Shown piece after piece: positions 26,952 to 37,318 of a DNA stretch of 64,000 nucleotides. Each line of letters begins with the position of its first letter. Position 1 is the first letter of the stretch. The notes below the pieces were generated by a model. It worked only from the letters and a program-made list of their open reading frames with translations. It made no database searches and had not been told where the DNA came from. The stretch is from a virus (taxonomy: Duplodnaviria; Caudoviricetes): positions 1 to 64,000 of IMG/VR virus record IMGVR_UViG_3300032219_001391, one strand, 5' to 3'. The translations under genes were made by a program, and so were the position numbers.

Positions 26952-27815
26952 CTATAATGTTATTATTTTTTTTAATAGATTAAACTCCTTAAAGTATCTT
27001 TTTTTAATTTGTTTTAGTCCTTCTATTTTTTGTTTATAAATTTCATCAGAATTATTGTTTATATGATTTAACAAGTTACTTATCTCTTCAAGATTGTTAA
27101 TATCATTTATTAAGATATATCCGTCTTCAGGATATATATCTTTAATATTTTTACACCCAAAATAAATAGGTATAGTATCTGTTAAAACTGAATCGTAAAA
27201 TTTTTCAGAAATCCAGTTTTTTTGATATTCGTTTTCAATTGAGATGTTGAATTTATAATTAACCAACGAGTCGTGTCTTTTTGGACTATTTTTCCAACCA
27301 CCGTACACATCCACAAAAGGTAAATGTTCGTTAATCATTTGAGCAATTTGATATCTTTGGGGATAGAGACAATTAGGTCCTTCTAATTTGTTTAAACTTG
27401 TAATTGATGATGATATATTTTTTGTTTTTGTAAAATTATAACTTTTTAAGTTATCATAAGACCAGAAATCTAACGGATCCATCCATGGCCCTCTACCTCC
27501 ATAAAACGTATGTGATGGGGTTTCAATACATGGTTTATTATATAAACACTCTTCATAACCAAATATAGTCAAATCTTCATTAAATATTTTTTGATGACTC
27601 CCTGAAAATGTAGGTTCGTGTGGAAAAACAAATAGTCTCGTATTTTCCTTTACAGTTAGATTAACATAATTAAAAAATACAACAACATCATAATCATCAT
27701 CATAAACAAATTGGATACCATCTAAATTAATGTCTTCTGTTTTGAATTGTTTAATTAATCTTTCAGTTATATTTTGTGAATTATCCCATCCAGCTGAAAC
27801 TCTAATTTTTTTCAT
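26952..27815 (-). CDS. GT10-like alpha-1,3-fucosyltransferase
   Basis: YKFNISIENEYQKNWISEKFYDSVLTDTIPIYFG matches the GT10 alpha-1,3 motif. Confidence 0.8.
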   Translation of the reverse strand: MKKIRVSAGWDNSQNITERLIKQFKTEDINLDGIQFVYDDDYDVVVFFNYVNLTVKENTRLFVFPHEPTFSGSHQKIFNEDLTIFGYEECLYNKPCIETPSHTFYGGRGPWMDPLDFWSYDNLKSYNFTKTKNISSSITSLNKLEGPNCLYPQRYQIAQMINEHLPFVDVYGGWKNSPKRHDSLVNYKFNISIENEYQKNWISEKFYDSVLTDTIPIYFGCKNIKDIYPEDGYILINDINNLEEISNLLNHINNNSDEIYKQKIEGLKQIKKRYFKEFNLLKKIITL

Positions 27816-28610
27816 TTATTCTATCATTACATATTCGTACCTATCCTCATCATCTACCACATAATCTATATAATTATCATTTTGTGCGTTGGGAAAATAG
27901 GATGTGATTGGGTATATTATTTTATTTGCCCTACTTAAAAATGCCGCCCAAAATGAGAAACTACCTTGACTACATATTATGTTTTTATATTTAGTCAAAT
28001 CTTTAAACGTGTCTGGTTCATTTGTTTTCATTAAAATAGGATTATACGGTTCTAATGCTTTTAATACATCTTCGTGATTAATAATGTTATCGGCATAGAT
28101 ATAAATTTCCGGTACATTCATTTTTTCAATTGAGTCAATATAATATTTTGGATATACCTTAAATCTTTTATCTAATGGATCATTTCTTAAATGAATTGCA
28201 ACTTTATTTTCATCATAAGATTCATTCACTGATATGAAATCATTAAAATATGACTTAACCTTTTCTTTATGATTTTTCCAATATGAATATTTTTGATAAT
28301 ACCCACCACTAATAATATTGTAATTTTTAGTAGATAAAAAATCAATAGCATTGTCTACTGTTTTATGTAATGTTGAAAACCCATCATCAATTCCGTATAG
28401 TTCATTTTGTGAAAAATCTAAGCCCTCTAAATCTTGAAATTTATGTTCTATATTGGGAGTTTGATATTGCGTATTGGGTAAATTATATTCAAAAGATGGA
28501 CTGACTAAACTATAATTTAGATTTTCTGCAAGTAATCTACAATAAGAATACATAAATAGTTTATTTCCTAAACCAACAGAATTAAATGGGTAACTATCTA
28601 TTTTAATCAT
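27816..28610 (-). CDS. GT11-like alpha-1,2-fucosyltransferase
   Basis: GLGNKLF, GGYYQ, VAIHLRND, SQGSFSFWAAFLS. Confidence 0.8.
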   Translation of the reverse strand: MIKIDSYPFNSVGLGNKLFMYSYCRLLAENLNYSLVSPSFEYNLPNTQYQTPNIEHKFQDLEGLDFSQNELYGIDDGFSTLHKTVDNAIDFLSTKNYNIISGGYYQKYSYWKNHKEKVKSYFNDFISVNESYDENKVAIHLRNDPLDKRFKVYPKYYIDSIEKMNVPEIYIYADNIINHEDVLKALEPYNPILMKTNEPDTFKDLTKYKNIICSQGSFSFWAAFLSRANKIIYPITSYFPNAQNDNYIDYVVDDEDRYEYVMIE

Positions 28611-28613
28611 ATT

Positions 28614-29351
28614 CTATTTTTTATTACCATTAAATTCAAAACCTAATATGGTAACCGTGTCACCATAAGACATATCAAACATATCATTTAATTCGGCTTT
28701 CCTCAAGGAAATACCAATTTCAAAAGCATCACAATGACTACCGCCTTCCCCATTTTTATTTTGTAAAAAAGTATTCATTTCACACCAGTTATCAGCAAAC
28801 GTTTTTATCTTATTTGGAACATTTTTTAATATTAAAAAATGTTCACTTGGTAATCGTGATTCAAATATATCATCATTTAGGTTGTACTTTAAGATTTCAT
28901 ACGAATCAAATTTATGTGAGAATGTATTACTCATATTATCTAAATAATAGTTATATTCATTTTTTAATACAGCATCTAATCTAGTCCCAATAACTTCATT
29001 ATTTTCTAATAACCTCTCAATTAAATTTATTGATTCTTGTCTCCATCCTTTTAATTTTATATCCCCATCTAAATAAATTATATAATCATACTTTTCAGGA
29101 ATATTTTGAAATGATAAAAACTTCAAGTTGTAATTAAAACCCGCCGAGTATTTTAGAATTAGTGATGAGTCGTTAATTTCCCGAATTATAACTCTGTTAT
29201 TTATTTTATTTGAAAAATAAATAACCTCGTTAGTTGTTAAGATAATATCAAAATCAGTTCGGTTTAAAATTTCATCAATCAAATTAGATGTTGCATCCAA
29301 ATACATTGGGTTCCCACAATTTACCGACAATAATGTAAATACTCCTCTCAT
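28614..29351 (-). CDS. Putative GT-A glycosyltransferase
   Basis: YDYIIYLDGDI (DxD-like); located in the GT cluster. Confidence 0.45.
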   Translation of the reverse strand: MRGVFTLLSVNCGNPMYLDATSNLIDEILNRTDFDIILTTNEVIYFSNKINNRVIIREINDSSLILKYSAGFNYNLKFLSFQNIPEKYDYIIYLDGDIKLKGWRQESINLIERLLENNEVIGTRLDAVLKNEYNYYLDNMSNTFSHKFDSYEILKYNLNDDIFESRLPSEHFLILKNVPNKIKTFADNWCEMNTFLQNKNGEGGSHCDAFEIGISLRKAELNDMFDMSYGDTVTILGFEFNGNKK

Positions 29352-30289
29352 GATATAAATTTATTAAATTTTGACATTACAATTTCAGGTGAAAACTGAA
29401 GATACGGGGTATAATAATCATCATATTTAATATAATTATCAAGATTATTAATGATGTCGTAAACATTTTCTTTTCCTTTATAATAGATCCCTCTTTCTCC
29501 CAAAATTTCAATGTGACTTCTTTCTCCTGATAATTCATAAGTAATAATTGGTTTATTTGACAAAGCAAATTCTGAAATAGCCAAACCAAACGTTTCACCA
29601 CCACTTCTAGCGTGAATCATAGCATCACATGTATTAACAAATGCCGACTTTTTATTTAAGTCATATGAACCTGGTAAAAATTTAATTTGTGGGTGTGAAT
29701 AAAACTCATCAACATTCATAAAAATAAACGTAATATCATTTCTGTTTTCAACAGTTTCAATAATAGCTTCTTTTACAAACTGAATATTAAATTCAGTTGA
29801 TCCTCCGTAACATCCAAATACTTTAGATGTTAATTTGATGTCCAGTTCTTCTCTTAAATTATAATTAACTTCTGGTAATTTTTCACAAATATATGGTAAT
29901 GAATGAGTTTCAGGGTCATATCCTTGGTCTTTAGCTAACCAATCAGAGATATAAATATATTTATACCCATGTGGGTTATTAAATCTAAACACAGTATGTA
30001 CTATTGTTTTTGGTTCATTAAAAGAATAACCATCATCTAATCCCATTTTAGTAACATAAAGAAAATCAAAATTATTTTCTTTTAGATAAGTTTCATATCC
30101 CCACCAATCTATCAATACAACTTCAAATCTTTCTTGAAACTTAGGTAACGCGTCCATATTAGCACCAGGAAATGAAAATATAACACTTTTATTACCTAAT
30201 ATTTCTTCATTGTATTTGGCATAATTAAACATCGCTACTTCAGTTCCTCGTAAGCATAGTTGATTACTATGGAAAGCTATTTTTTTCAT
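29348..30289 (-). CDS. GT-B (GT4-like) glycosyltransferase
   Basis: LRGTEVAMFNYA; CDAMIHARSGGETFGLAISEF. Confidence 0.75.
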   Translation of the reverse strand: MKKIAFHSNQLCLRGTEVAMFNYAKYNEEILGNKSVIFSFPGANMDALPKFQERFEVVLIDWWGYETYLKENNFDFLYVTKMGLDDGYSFNEPKTIVHTVFRFNNPHGYKYIYISDWLAKDQGYDPETHSLPYICEKLPEVNYNLREELDIKLTSKVFGCYGGSTEFNIQFVKEAIIETVENRNDITFIFMNVDEFYSHPQIKFLPGSYDLNKKSAFVNTCDAMIHARSGGETFGLAISEFALSNKPIITYELSGERSHIEILGERGIYYKGKENVYDIINNLDNYIKYDDYYTPYLQFSPEIVMSKFNKFIS

Positions 30290-31551
30290 AAATTACCTGT
30301 TAATCTTTCACACCAACCCTTAGATGTACTATATGGCCAAACAACCCAATATTTAGGTTTGATAGTTGTTTGGAATTCTCTCCATACCTTACAATATCCA
30401 TCAGGATCGTTGAAGTATCCGTTTATTTCGTTTATATCAGAATCTTTTCTAAATATTGTATTGTCGTCCTCGTCATGGAACGCGACAACCCAAAACTCAT
30501 AGTCTTTTTCAGGTACTTGTGAATATCCAACATCAATACAATGTTTGAATATACTTGAGAAACTATCTTTCCACTCTTCTTCTGTTTGATAGTTGTACGT
30601 ATTTGGTGGATATTTTTTATCAATCGTTTCTTGTTGGATCGCTCTACGTTCAAACAATAACCCTGAGAATTTTTCGTATTCTCTCAGTGTTCTAACTGAC
30701 CCAAAACCATATTTTCCAAAATCTATAACGTCTGTCTCACCATCCATACCAAACAATACTCTGTTTCGTTTGTGTGCTACGTTGTTCTTATCACCCCATT
30801 GTTTATCATCATCCCATTGTTTGGTTCTTCCTTTTCTTGTGTATTCATGCCAAATAATTGGTTTGTGTGGGTGAAATAAGTCGTAACCATGTGTGTAAGC
30901 TCTCGCGGCAATTGATATCTCTTCCCCGTGAAAATAAAATAATGGATCGTGTTGTACTTCCTCAGAAAACTCACCAAGGGTAAAACAAAAATGTGCCGAA
31001 TAAAATCTTGATGTTACCGGTCTGTTTAATGATTGCCAATTTGGAATTGTCTCAGGTAAAAAGAAAACCGCACCTTCTGGAATAAAACGATCAAACACCA
31101 TTCTCCAAGGTTCCTGTACTCTTGCGCCAGGATCATTATCAGGATCAAAAGATGGAATATAACCTGTTAAAAGTGGTTTTGGATAACCATCATTTTGTAG
31201 ATCTTTAACCATCTTAATGAGTTCTGTATCCCAATGAGGTGTAAATCTATGGTGTGAATCCAATTGTAGTGTGTAACCCTCACCATCATATTGTTGTTGT
31301 AATAAATTTCTTGCCCAACAAGCACCTTTGGATTCTGTGTAGATTACATCAATAATCTTAAATCTTTTATCCTTACGATATTCATCCAATGTATCAAAAC
31401 CATCTTCATGGTTATATTGACGACAAATTGATAAAACTAAATTTTCGGGTTTGTCAGCATTTTCCAACATTGATTTAATTGTTGGTTCAAGTTGTGGGTC
31501 TCTGTATGATGCAATCTGAACAAAGATCTTACTATTACGTCTTTTAGCCAT
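30286..31551 (-). CDS. GT60-like polypeptide N-acetylglucosaminyltransferase (Skp1 GlcNAc-T family)
   Basis: IFVQIASYRDP, GACWAR, LQLDSHHRF..WD, FHGEEISIAARAYTHGYD, WHEY. Confidence 0.8.
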   Translation of the reverse strand: MAKRRNSKIFVQIASYRDPQLEPTIKSMLENADKPENLVLSICRQYNHEDGFDTLDEYRKDKRFKIIDVIYTESKGACWARNLLQQQYDGEGYTLQLDSHHRFTPHWDTELIKMVKDLQNDGYPKPLLTGYIPSFDPDNDPGARVQEPWRMVFDRFIPEGAVFFLPETIPNWQSLNRPVTSRFYSAHFCFTLGEFSEEVQHDPLFYFHGEEISIAARAYTHGYDLFHPHKPIIWHEYTRKGRTKQWDDDKQWGDKNNVAHKRNRVLFGMDGETDVIDFGKYGFGSVRTLREYEKFSGLLFERRAIQQETIDKKYPPNTYNYQTEEEWKDSFSSIFKHCIDVGYSQVPEKDYEFWVVAFHDEDDNTIFRKDSDINEINGYFNDPDGYCKVWREFQTTIKPKYWVVWPYSTSKGWCERLTGNL

Positions 31552-31600
31552 TTAACTTATGTTTGTAATAAACATAAATTATAAAAAATAAAAGTATAGG

Positions 31601-32662
31601 TTACCAACCCAATAAAGAGGATCTTTTCCATTGGTTAGTTCCCACACAAATATAAATAAAATCAGAATCCCAAGTTATGGTTCCTGTTGTTCCAGTATCT
31701 CCACTATTTGTTGGGGGAGTAGATGGTTGAGGTAATAAAAAAGATCCATTTATTGTGGTTGTGGTGTTTATAGTCGTTGCCGTACTTTTAAATACCGCAG
31801 AATTACTAAGAGAACCATCAGCACCATTACCAATGATAAATAAGGTATTAGAATCGGTTATTGGTGAGTTGTATCTACCAACAACAAATTGATTATCACC
31901 ATCAGAAGTTGTGTGATCACCTGACGTAAATGAATTCGTATTATTTGATGTTGTATAATTACCAAGAGCGGTTGAGTTTTGACCGATAGATCTTGCGTAA
32001 GTACCTTGAGATAATGAGTTTGGACCTGTTGATTGTGAGAATGTTCCTAATGCAATGGAAAATCCTCCTGTAGCATATGTTCCAAACCCTAAACTTAAAT
32101 CCGAAGATCCTACCGAAGTTGCTGAGTTATTCCTAACCCCATTACTAAAAGTTGTTATACCGGTAACATTTAATGTATTCAAAATTGTATTATTAAATAC
32201 TGTTACAGCACTTAAGAATGATGAAACACCTGTAACTGTTAAAAGATTGATTGTTATACCACTATTAATAAATAAATTATTATAAAAGTTTGTTAAACCA
32301 TAAAAACTACTATTACCGGAAATTGTTAAATTATTATAAATTAAGGTATTACCACTAAATTCTGTTTGACCGGTAACCAATAAATTATTTATTGTTGCAG
32401 TACTATTTAAGAAATTTGCAGCATTATCTAGTCTAGTATTACCAGTTACATATAAATTACTATTAATATTAACAGTATTACCGGTTGAATAAATATTAGC
32501 AGTATATACATTCCATCCGGTTGAAACAACTGATTGAGCCATTCCGGATAATGTTATTTTTTTAGTAGTTGGTGTATTTCTAATATCTACTATTGGAAAT
32601 AGGTCCCCACCACCGGGTTGATCACCTAATAAAGGTAATTCAGTTATTTTAACATTTGCCAT
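31601..32662 (-). CDS. Tail fibre / adhesin-like protein with YadA-head-like repeats
   Basis: MANVKITELP N-terminus; about 14-aa repeats (SIALGTFSQSTGPNSLSQG...STALG); C-terminal GTITWDSDFIYICVGTNQWKR. Confidence 0.65.
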   Translation of the reverse strand: MANVKITELPLLGDQPGGGDLFPIVDIRNTPTTKKITLSGMAQSVVSTGWNVYTANIYSTGNTVNINSNLYVTGNTRLDNAANFLNSTATINNLLVTGQTEFSGNTLIYNNLTISGNSSFYGLTNFYNNLFINSGITINLLTVTGVSSFLSAVTVFNNTILNTLNVTGITTFSNGVRNNSATSVGSSDLSLGFGTYATGGFSIALGTFSQSTGPNSLSQGTYARSIGQNSTALGNYTTSNNTNSFTSGDHTTSDGDNQFVVGRYNSPITDSNTLFIIGNGADGSLSNSAVFKSTATTINTTTTINGSFLLPQPSTPPTNSGDTGTTGTITWDSDFIYICVGTNQWKRSSLLGW

Positions 32663-32663
32663 A

Positions 32664-34646
32664 TCAAATTATTTTTGTATAAATTTCATCACCATTTTCG
32701 GTGGTTAATATATCATCATCTTCTGTTGATAAATACAGAGTTGTTGGAGTGTAATCACAATTAACACAGAAAAGGTCTAACAACCCAAAATTATTTTTTA
32801 ATATTCTAAAATTATGTTGAACTTCAGGAACACTTAATGGTTTTGAATACATTCTAAATTGTGAGATTGCCCCATCAAAACTTCCTGCAAATGATTGTTC
32901 AATTAAAATATTTGTGTTTAACCCACTTAAACTTGTTTGTTGTAAAATGTAATCGGGGAATAATTGTGGATCTTGTTGGTATGTAAAAGTATTTCCTGTT
33001 GTCAAAGCACTTAAAACCAAATTTTCATGTAATCCTTGTGTACCCCCACCCCAAGATATGTTGAATGGGACACCAACCTGTCTTTCTTTTCTTTCATTTA
33101 ATGGTCTTGGTATTACTTCTTCAAAGTTATCTATAACAAAAAATTTCTTACCATTAACATAAATTGTTAATTTACCTAATCTATAATATAAATCATCAAT
33201 CCATTCACGATCTAATGAAACTATTTCAATCTGTTCTTCGGGTAAATCATCATGAGTTACTGGTGGTCTAACCAAACTAATTGAGTTACTTGCCATGGAT
33301 GCGGTGTAAGCCGAGTGAGTTAGATTACCAATTCCTCCTCGCCAGTATAAATCACAATCATCTAAATACATATTTCTCTCAAATGAGATATCAACTTGAA
33401 CCCAATGAGGATATTCAACCCAAGTTGTTCCGGTACAACTATCATAAATTCTACTAGTAGAACAATATGTCTCAATTGTATATCCACTTGTATAAGTTTG
33501 ACCCGTATTAAAACAAGAACCTGATGTCGTACAATCACCTGTTATTTTCAATACTCTAGCACAAATATTTGGGTTAAGTGGATTACCACTAAACATAACT
33601 GCGAGAGCGTTCGACATTGAATCATCTAAAGGATTATGAATTGGGTCTAAAACAGTTTCACAAGATACTTTCGGTTGTTCAAAATAATTTATTTTATGTA
33701 TGTTAGTCGTCCCTTGTTTAGGATAAACTGTAATACAATCTGAATTGGTTATTGCCGTATTTGAACAAGCACAAGTTACTAACTCTTTTGAGGTTTGTGT
33801 AACCGGTGTATAACCACTTGAAGTACCTGTTAGTATGTAATCGGCCGGATGATAGAATTTATCCTCGGCACGAGTACCCATATAAAAGAATATGTTCTTA
33901 TTGTTTGGGTAATATTCATTTAATGTTGTTTCACCAACTGTTGGTAAATAATCATTACTAACTCTGGGTCTTAACAACATTTCTACCGACCATCCTTTAT
34001 GAAATCTTGTCGGTAATACTTCGTAATCATATCCAAATAACTTATAAAAACCTTGGTAAAAAGAACCATATAATTCGTGATACCTTCCGTAAGGGTATTC
34101 GTCAAATGAAACCACACCATAATCAGTCGCTGCGGTTATACCTGAAAAATACGAACCCAACTCTCTGACATTAGATTTTACTTGGAACATCTTAAATCTT
34201 CTATCGTATGAGTATCTATCAAACATAGAATTACCGGTTAGTAATCCCATAGTATAACTAATAGAGTTACCTGTCATTCCTGACATCAATCCGTTATCAA
34301 TACCTGTTAGTCCAATATCACAAATAGTTTCACTTAAAAAACACCCACTTTCTAAAAATGAACGAGAATAATTTTCAAGGTTATAGTAATTCTTAGAAAT
34401 TAAAATGTTATTGTAGGGATAAGGTCCGTAATAGGTAATATCTAAAGGTTGTGCCGAACCTGAAAAATCCAAGTTAATGTTAATAGGTAAAACGTTACCG
34501 TCATTTGCACCGATAACGTCAGTAGAAAACACAACTTCTTCATTAAAATCTTTTTCATCAGATGTTAATGAAATGTCTGATATTTCTATAGCAGGTTTAA
34601 GATAAACCTTACTAAATACATATTGATTTATATTTTGATATGCCAT
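32664..34646 (-). CDS. Virion protein with concanavalin A/LamG-like domain
   Basis: GWSVEML, GKLTIYVNG, FAGSFDGAISQFRMYSKPLSVPEVQHNF; C-terminal LSTEDDDILTTENGD. Confidence 0.55.
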   Translation of the reverse strand: MAYQNINQYVFSKVYLKPAIEISDISLTSDEKDFNEEVVFSTDVIGANDGNVLPININLDFSGSAQPLDITYYGPYPYNNILISKNYYNLENYSRSFLESGCFLSETICDIGLTGIDNGLMSGMTGNSISYTMGLLTGNSMFDRYSYDRRFKMFQVKSNVRELGSYFSGITAATDYGVVSFDEYPYGRYHELYGSFYQGFYKLFGYDYEVLPTRFHKGWSVEMLLRPRVSNDYLPTVGETTLNEYYPNNKNIFFYMGTRAEDKFYHPADYILTGTSSGYTPVTQTSKELVTCACSNTAITNSDCITVYPKQGTTNIHKINYFEQPKVSCETVLDPIHNPLDDSMSNALAVMFSGNPLNPNICARVLKITGDCTTSGSCFNTGQTYTSGYTIETYCSTSRIYDSCTGTTWVEYPHWVQVDISFERNMYLDDCDLYWRGGIGNLTHSAYTASMASNSISLVRPPVTHDDLPEEQIEIVSLDREWIDDLYYRLGKLTIYVNGKKFFVIDNFEEVIPRPLNERKERQVGVPFNISWGGGTQGLHENLVLSALTTGNTFTYQQDPQLFPDYILQQTSLSGLNTNILIEQSFAGSFDGAISQFRMYSKPLSVPEVQHNFRILKNNFGLLDLFCVNCDYTPTTLYLSTEDDDILTTENGDEIYTKII

Positions 34647-34651
34647 TACAG

Positions 34652-34678
34652 ATAAATACGCAACTAATAGATATTTAT
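34652..34678. promoter_or_regulatory. Back-to-back divergent TATTTAT pair
   Basis: Minus copy 34652-34658 (5 nt from the ATG at 34646) and plus copy 34672-34678 (13 nt from the ATG at 34692). Confidence 0.6.
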
Positions 34679-34691
34679 TGATAAAAAGTTT

Positions 34692-35513
34692 ATGAGTTTC
34701 ATAGGTAAAGATCTTTTTTATCCACCTTACTACTTTTTCTTGAAAGAGAATAAAGATGGATATACTTTATATTATAGTGTTGAAAACACATTGTCCGAAG
34801 CAACAAAAAAGGACAAGTCAGTTAAGTTCAAAAAATCATCAAAAAATGATATAAAAAACTTGATGTCAAAAGCCGTTGGAAGTAGGGGGAAATTCAAAAT
34901 TGATGATATTGAGAATGAGATTAAGAAAATTAAAAAAACTGAGGTTGATGAGTTTGTAGATGATGATTTGTCAATATCTAGTTCTAACGTCCCCATTCTT
35001 AATTCAAGACTACATCCAAAGAAAACTCAAGACCAAACAGTTGCGGCTACAAGACAAACTATGAATCCAATCTTACGAGGTTATCGTGTGTATTATGGTG
35101 AATCGGTTGTTAGAGAAACAGATATGTCTGATGCGTTTGGTTATGAGGAAACAAAAGATTTAGATGGTAAAAAAACTTATAAATATTTTAAGGATAATTT
35201 AGACTTATCACCTGAAGAAGCAAAAGATAGAACAGAACAACAAGGTAAAGATCCTTCAGGTAAAAGAACAAAAAAGGCACCAAAATCAATTAGAAGAAAA
35301 AAAGGATTTATAGATAGATTGACATTATCTGAAAAGGAAGAAAAAATGTTAGAAGATATAATATCCAAAAAATTAAGAGATACTGATATTTTATTTAAAG
35401 ATCTTGATTATTCAAAGTTCTTTTTAAGACAATTAAAAACCCTTAAAAGAATGGCTGATAAAGAAGGAATCTCAAATAAAGAAATTTTGAAATTACTAAA
35501 TAGAGATGAATAA
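34692..35513 (+). CDS. Hypothetical protein
   Basis: 273-aa charged ORF with TATTTAT motif upstream; first gene of a coupled run. Confidence 0.6.
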   Translation: MSFIGKDLFYPPYYFFLKENKDGYTLYYSVENTLSEATKKDKSVKFKKSSKNDIKNLMSKAVGSRGKFKIDDIENEIKKIKKTEVDEFVDDDLSISSSNVPILNSRLHPKKTQDQTVAATRQTMNPILRGYRVYYGESVVRETDMSDAFGYEETKDLDGKKTYKYFKDNLDLSPEEAKDRTEQQGKDPSGKRTKKAPKSIRRKKGFIDRLTLSEKEEKMLEDIISKKLRDTDILFKDLDYSKFFLRQLKTLKRMADKEGISNKEILKLLNRDE

Positions 35514-35964
35514 ACAACTATACGGAAAAAATTATCCATTACCTAACAAACTAGTGAAGTATTTAGATCAATGTTTTAATCACGTTAAAAACAAAGATGA
35601 AAATACTGAAGGGTTTAGAAGAAATAGAGATCTTGTCTCAAAAAAACAAGTAAGTTATTCTGTATTGAAAAGAATAAAAAACTGGTTTGACAACTTCAAA
35701 GGTAAAAAAAATGACGCACCATATATCTTAAATGGTGGTGATTATATGAGAAATTGGGTAAATAGTAGTTTGGAAATGGATAGAAAAGGTATTGAAAGAA
35801 GTAGTGATAATAGAGAAAACACCGGCATGGACAACAATAGTAATCCTTCATCAAGTGATGCTAAAGTAGGTAAAGACAATATAAATATGAAGGTTGAAAA
35901 ATTGGACATGGCTGTTACAGAAAGTCTTAAAAGAATAAACGAAATAATGAGTAAACTATTATAA
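35506..35964 (+). CDS. Hypothetical protein
   Basis: 152-aa ORF overlapping the previous stop. Confidence 0.6.
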   Translation: MNKQLYGKNYPLPNKLVKYLDQCFNHVKNKDENTEGFRRNRDLVSKKQVSYSVLKRIKNWFDNFKGKKNDAPYILNGGDYMRNWVNSSLEMDRKGIERSSDNRENTGMDNNSNPSSSDAKVGKDNINMKVEKLDMAVTESLKRINEIMSKLL

Positions 35965-35965
35965 T

Positions 35966-36256
35966 ATGGCACTAGAACCATTAGATTTTTCACAACCAGC
36001 AAATAGGTTATCAAAAATCGCAGAACAACAAAGAGCAATATTATTTCCAAGAAATGATTTTGTTCAATTTAAAAACGAATATAATGCAACTAACCCTGAT
36101 GCGCTTGCCGATGGTGATGAAATGGGTAGAGGTACTGGTGTGTTTTTAGATGTATATAATGAAAATGCGGGTACGTCTATTGACGTAACCGAGAGAAAAC
36201 TTGAAGTTAAGATAAATAAGTTTTCACCATCAAACCCATATAAAGTAGTTGATTGA
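35966..36256 (+). CDS. Hypothetical protein (probably structural)
   Basis: 96-aa coupled ORF (HPDALADGD-like NPDALADGDEMGRGTG). Confidence 0.55.
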   Translation: MALEPLDFSQPANRLSKIAEQQRAILFPRNDFVQFKNEYNATNPDALADGDEMGRGTGVFLDVYNENAGTSIDVTERKLEVKINKFSPSNPYKVVD

Positions 36257-36663
36257 TGAAATTACTTAATACCGTTAAACAACTTGTTTTAGAAGGGGTA
36301 TCCGTTCAAACAATAACCGATGCTATTAAGAAAAAACAAGTTGTGGTTATATACTACGATGGTGATGAACCCGGAGGTCGTGGTCTTAGAGAAGTGTGGC
36401 CAGTATGTTTGGGTTATTCAAAAGCGAATAACCAAGTGTTACGTGCTTGGGATCTTGAAGGTGCTTCACACAAAGCGTATTTAGGTAAAAGACCATTACC
36501 TAGTTGGAGATTATTTCGTGTTGATAAAATACAATCATTTAAACCTACAGGTGAAAACTTTACAACTTTACCATCTGATTATAACATTAACGGAGATAAG
36601 TCTATGACAAGAGTTATCATAAACGCAAGACAAGAAAATGAACCAGGAGTAACTGAAGCATGA
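36256..36663 (+). CDS. Stand-alone WYL-domain protein
   Basis: VVIYYDG...REVWPVCLG...LRAW...WRLFRVDKI is the WYL fold signature; no HTH domain. ATG at 36256. Confidence 0.8.
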   Translation: MKLLNTVKQLVLEGVSVQTITDAIKKKQVVVIYYDGDEPGGRGLREVWPVCLGYSKANNQVLRAWDLEGASHKAYLGKRPLPSWRLFRVDKIQSFKPTGENFTTLPSDYNINGDKSMTRVIINARQENEPGVTEA

Positions 36664-37226
36664 AAAATGAAAATGATTTAATATCAAAACTTATGGTATC
36701 CAAAGCCATAATGGATAAACATAGTGGAATAAAAAGAGGTAATATGGACGCAATGGCATTATCCAACCCAATGGTTGAGGGATATGAACCGGTATCGGCA
36801 AATTACAATATTCCTCAAGAATTGTTATCTGAAGTCCAAACACCAACACCTAAAACACAGGGACCACCAACAAAAGATAGAATTTTAAGTTCTAAACTTC
36901 CTGATGAAATCAAGAGACTAATGATGGAAAACCCAATAGTACAACCTGCAGGTCCTGCGGTTGGTATTAGTAATGAATTGGCTGAAAAGGCGAGTAAGTT
37001 GATGGGACTACAAAAAAATAACACGGTAACCCCAATACAGAAGAACTCATCACCATCAATAGATCCTACAGAACTTAAAGATATGATTCGTGAAGCACTA
37101 TCTGAAGTGTTGGAAGAAAGTGGATTGTTGATTGAATCAACAACAAATTCAAAAGAGATGATCCAAATCAAAATAGGAAAACATATTTTTGAAGGTACGA
37201 TCAAAAAGGTTAAAAAAACAATTTAA
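36660..37226 (+). CDS. Hypothetical protein
   Basis: 188-aa coupled ORF followed by a terminator. Confidence 0.6.
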   Translation: MKNENDLISKLMVSKAIMDKHSGIKRGNMDAMALSNPMVEGYEPVSANYNIPQELLSEVQTPTPKTQGPPTKDRILSSKLPDEIKRLMMENPIVQPAGPAVGISNELAEKASKLMGLQKNNTVTPIQKNSSPSIDPTELKDMIREALSEVLEESGLLIESTTNSKEMIQIKIGKHIFEGTIKKVKKTI

Positions 37227-37229
37227 TGT

Positions 37230-37257
37230 AAACCCTCACAAAAAGTGAGGGTTTTTT
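37230..37257 (+). terminator. Rho-independent terminator
   Basis: AAACCCTCAC-AAAAA-GTGAGGGTTT followed by further Ts, directly after the stop at 37226. Confidence 0.85.
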
Positions 37258-37318
37258 ATTTGACGTACTTTATGTTTCGTTCATTTTATATTACAATTAA
37301 ATTAGAAAAAATATAATT

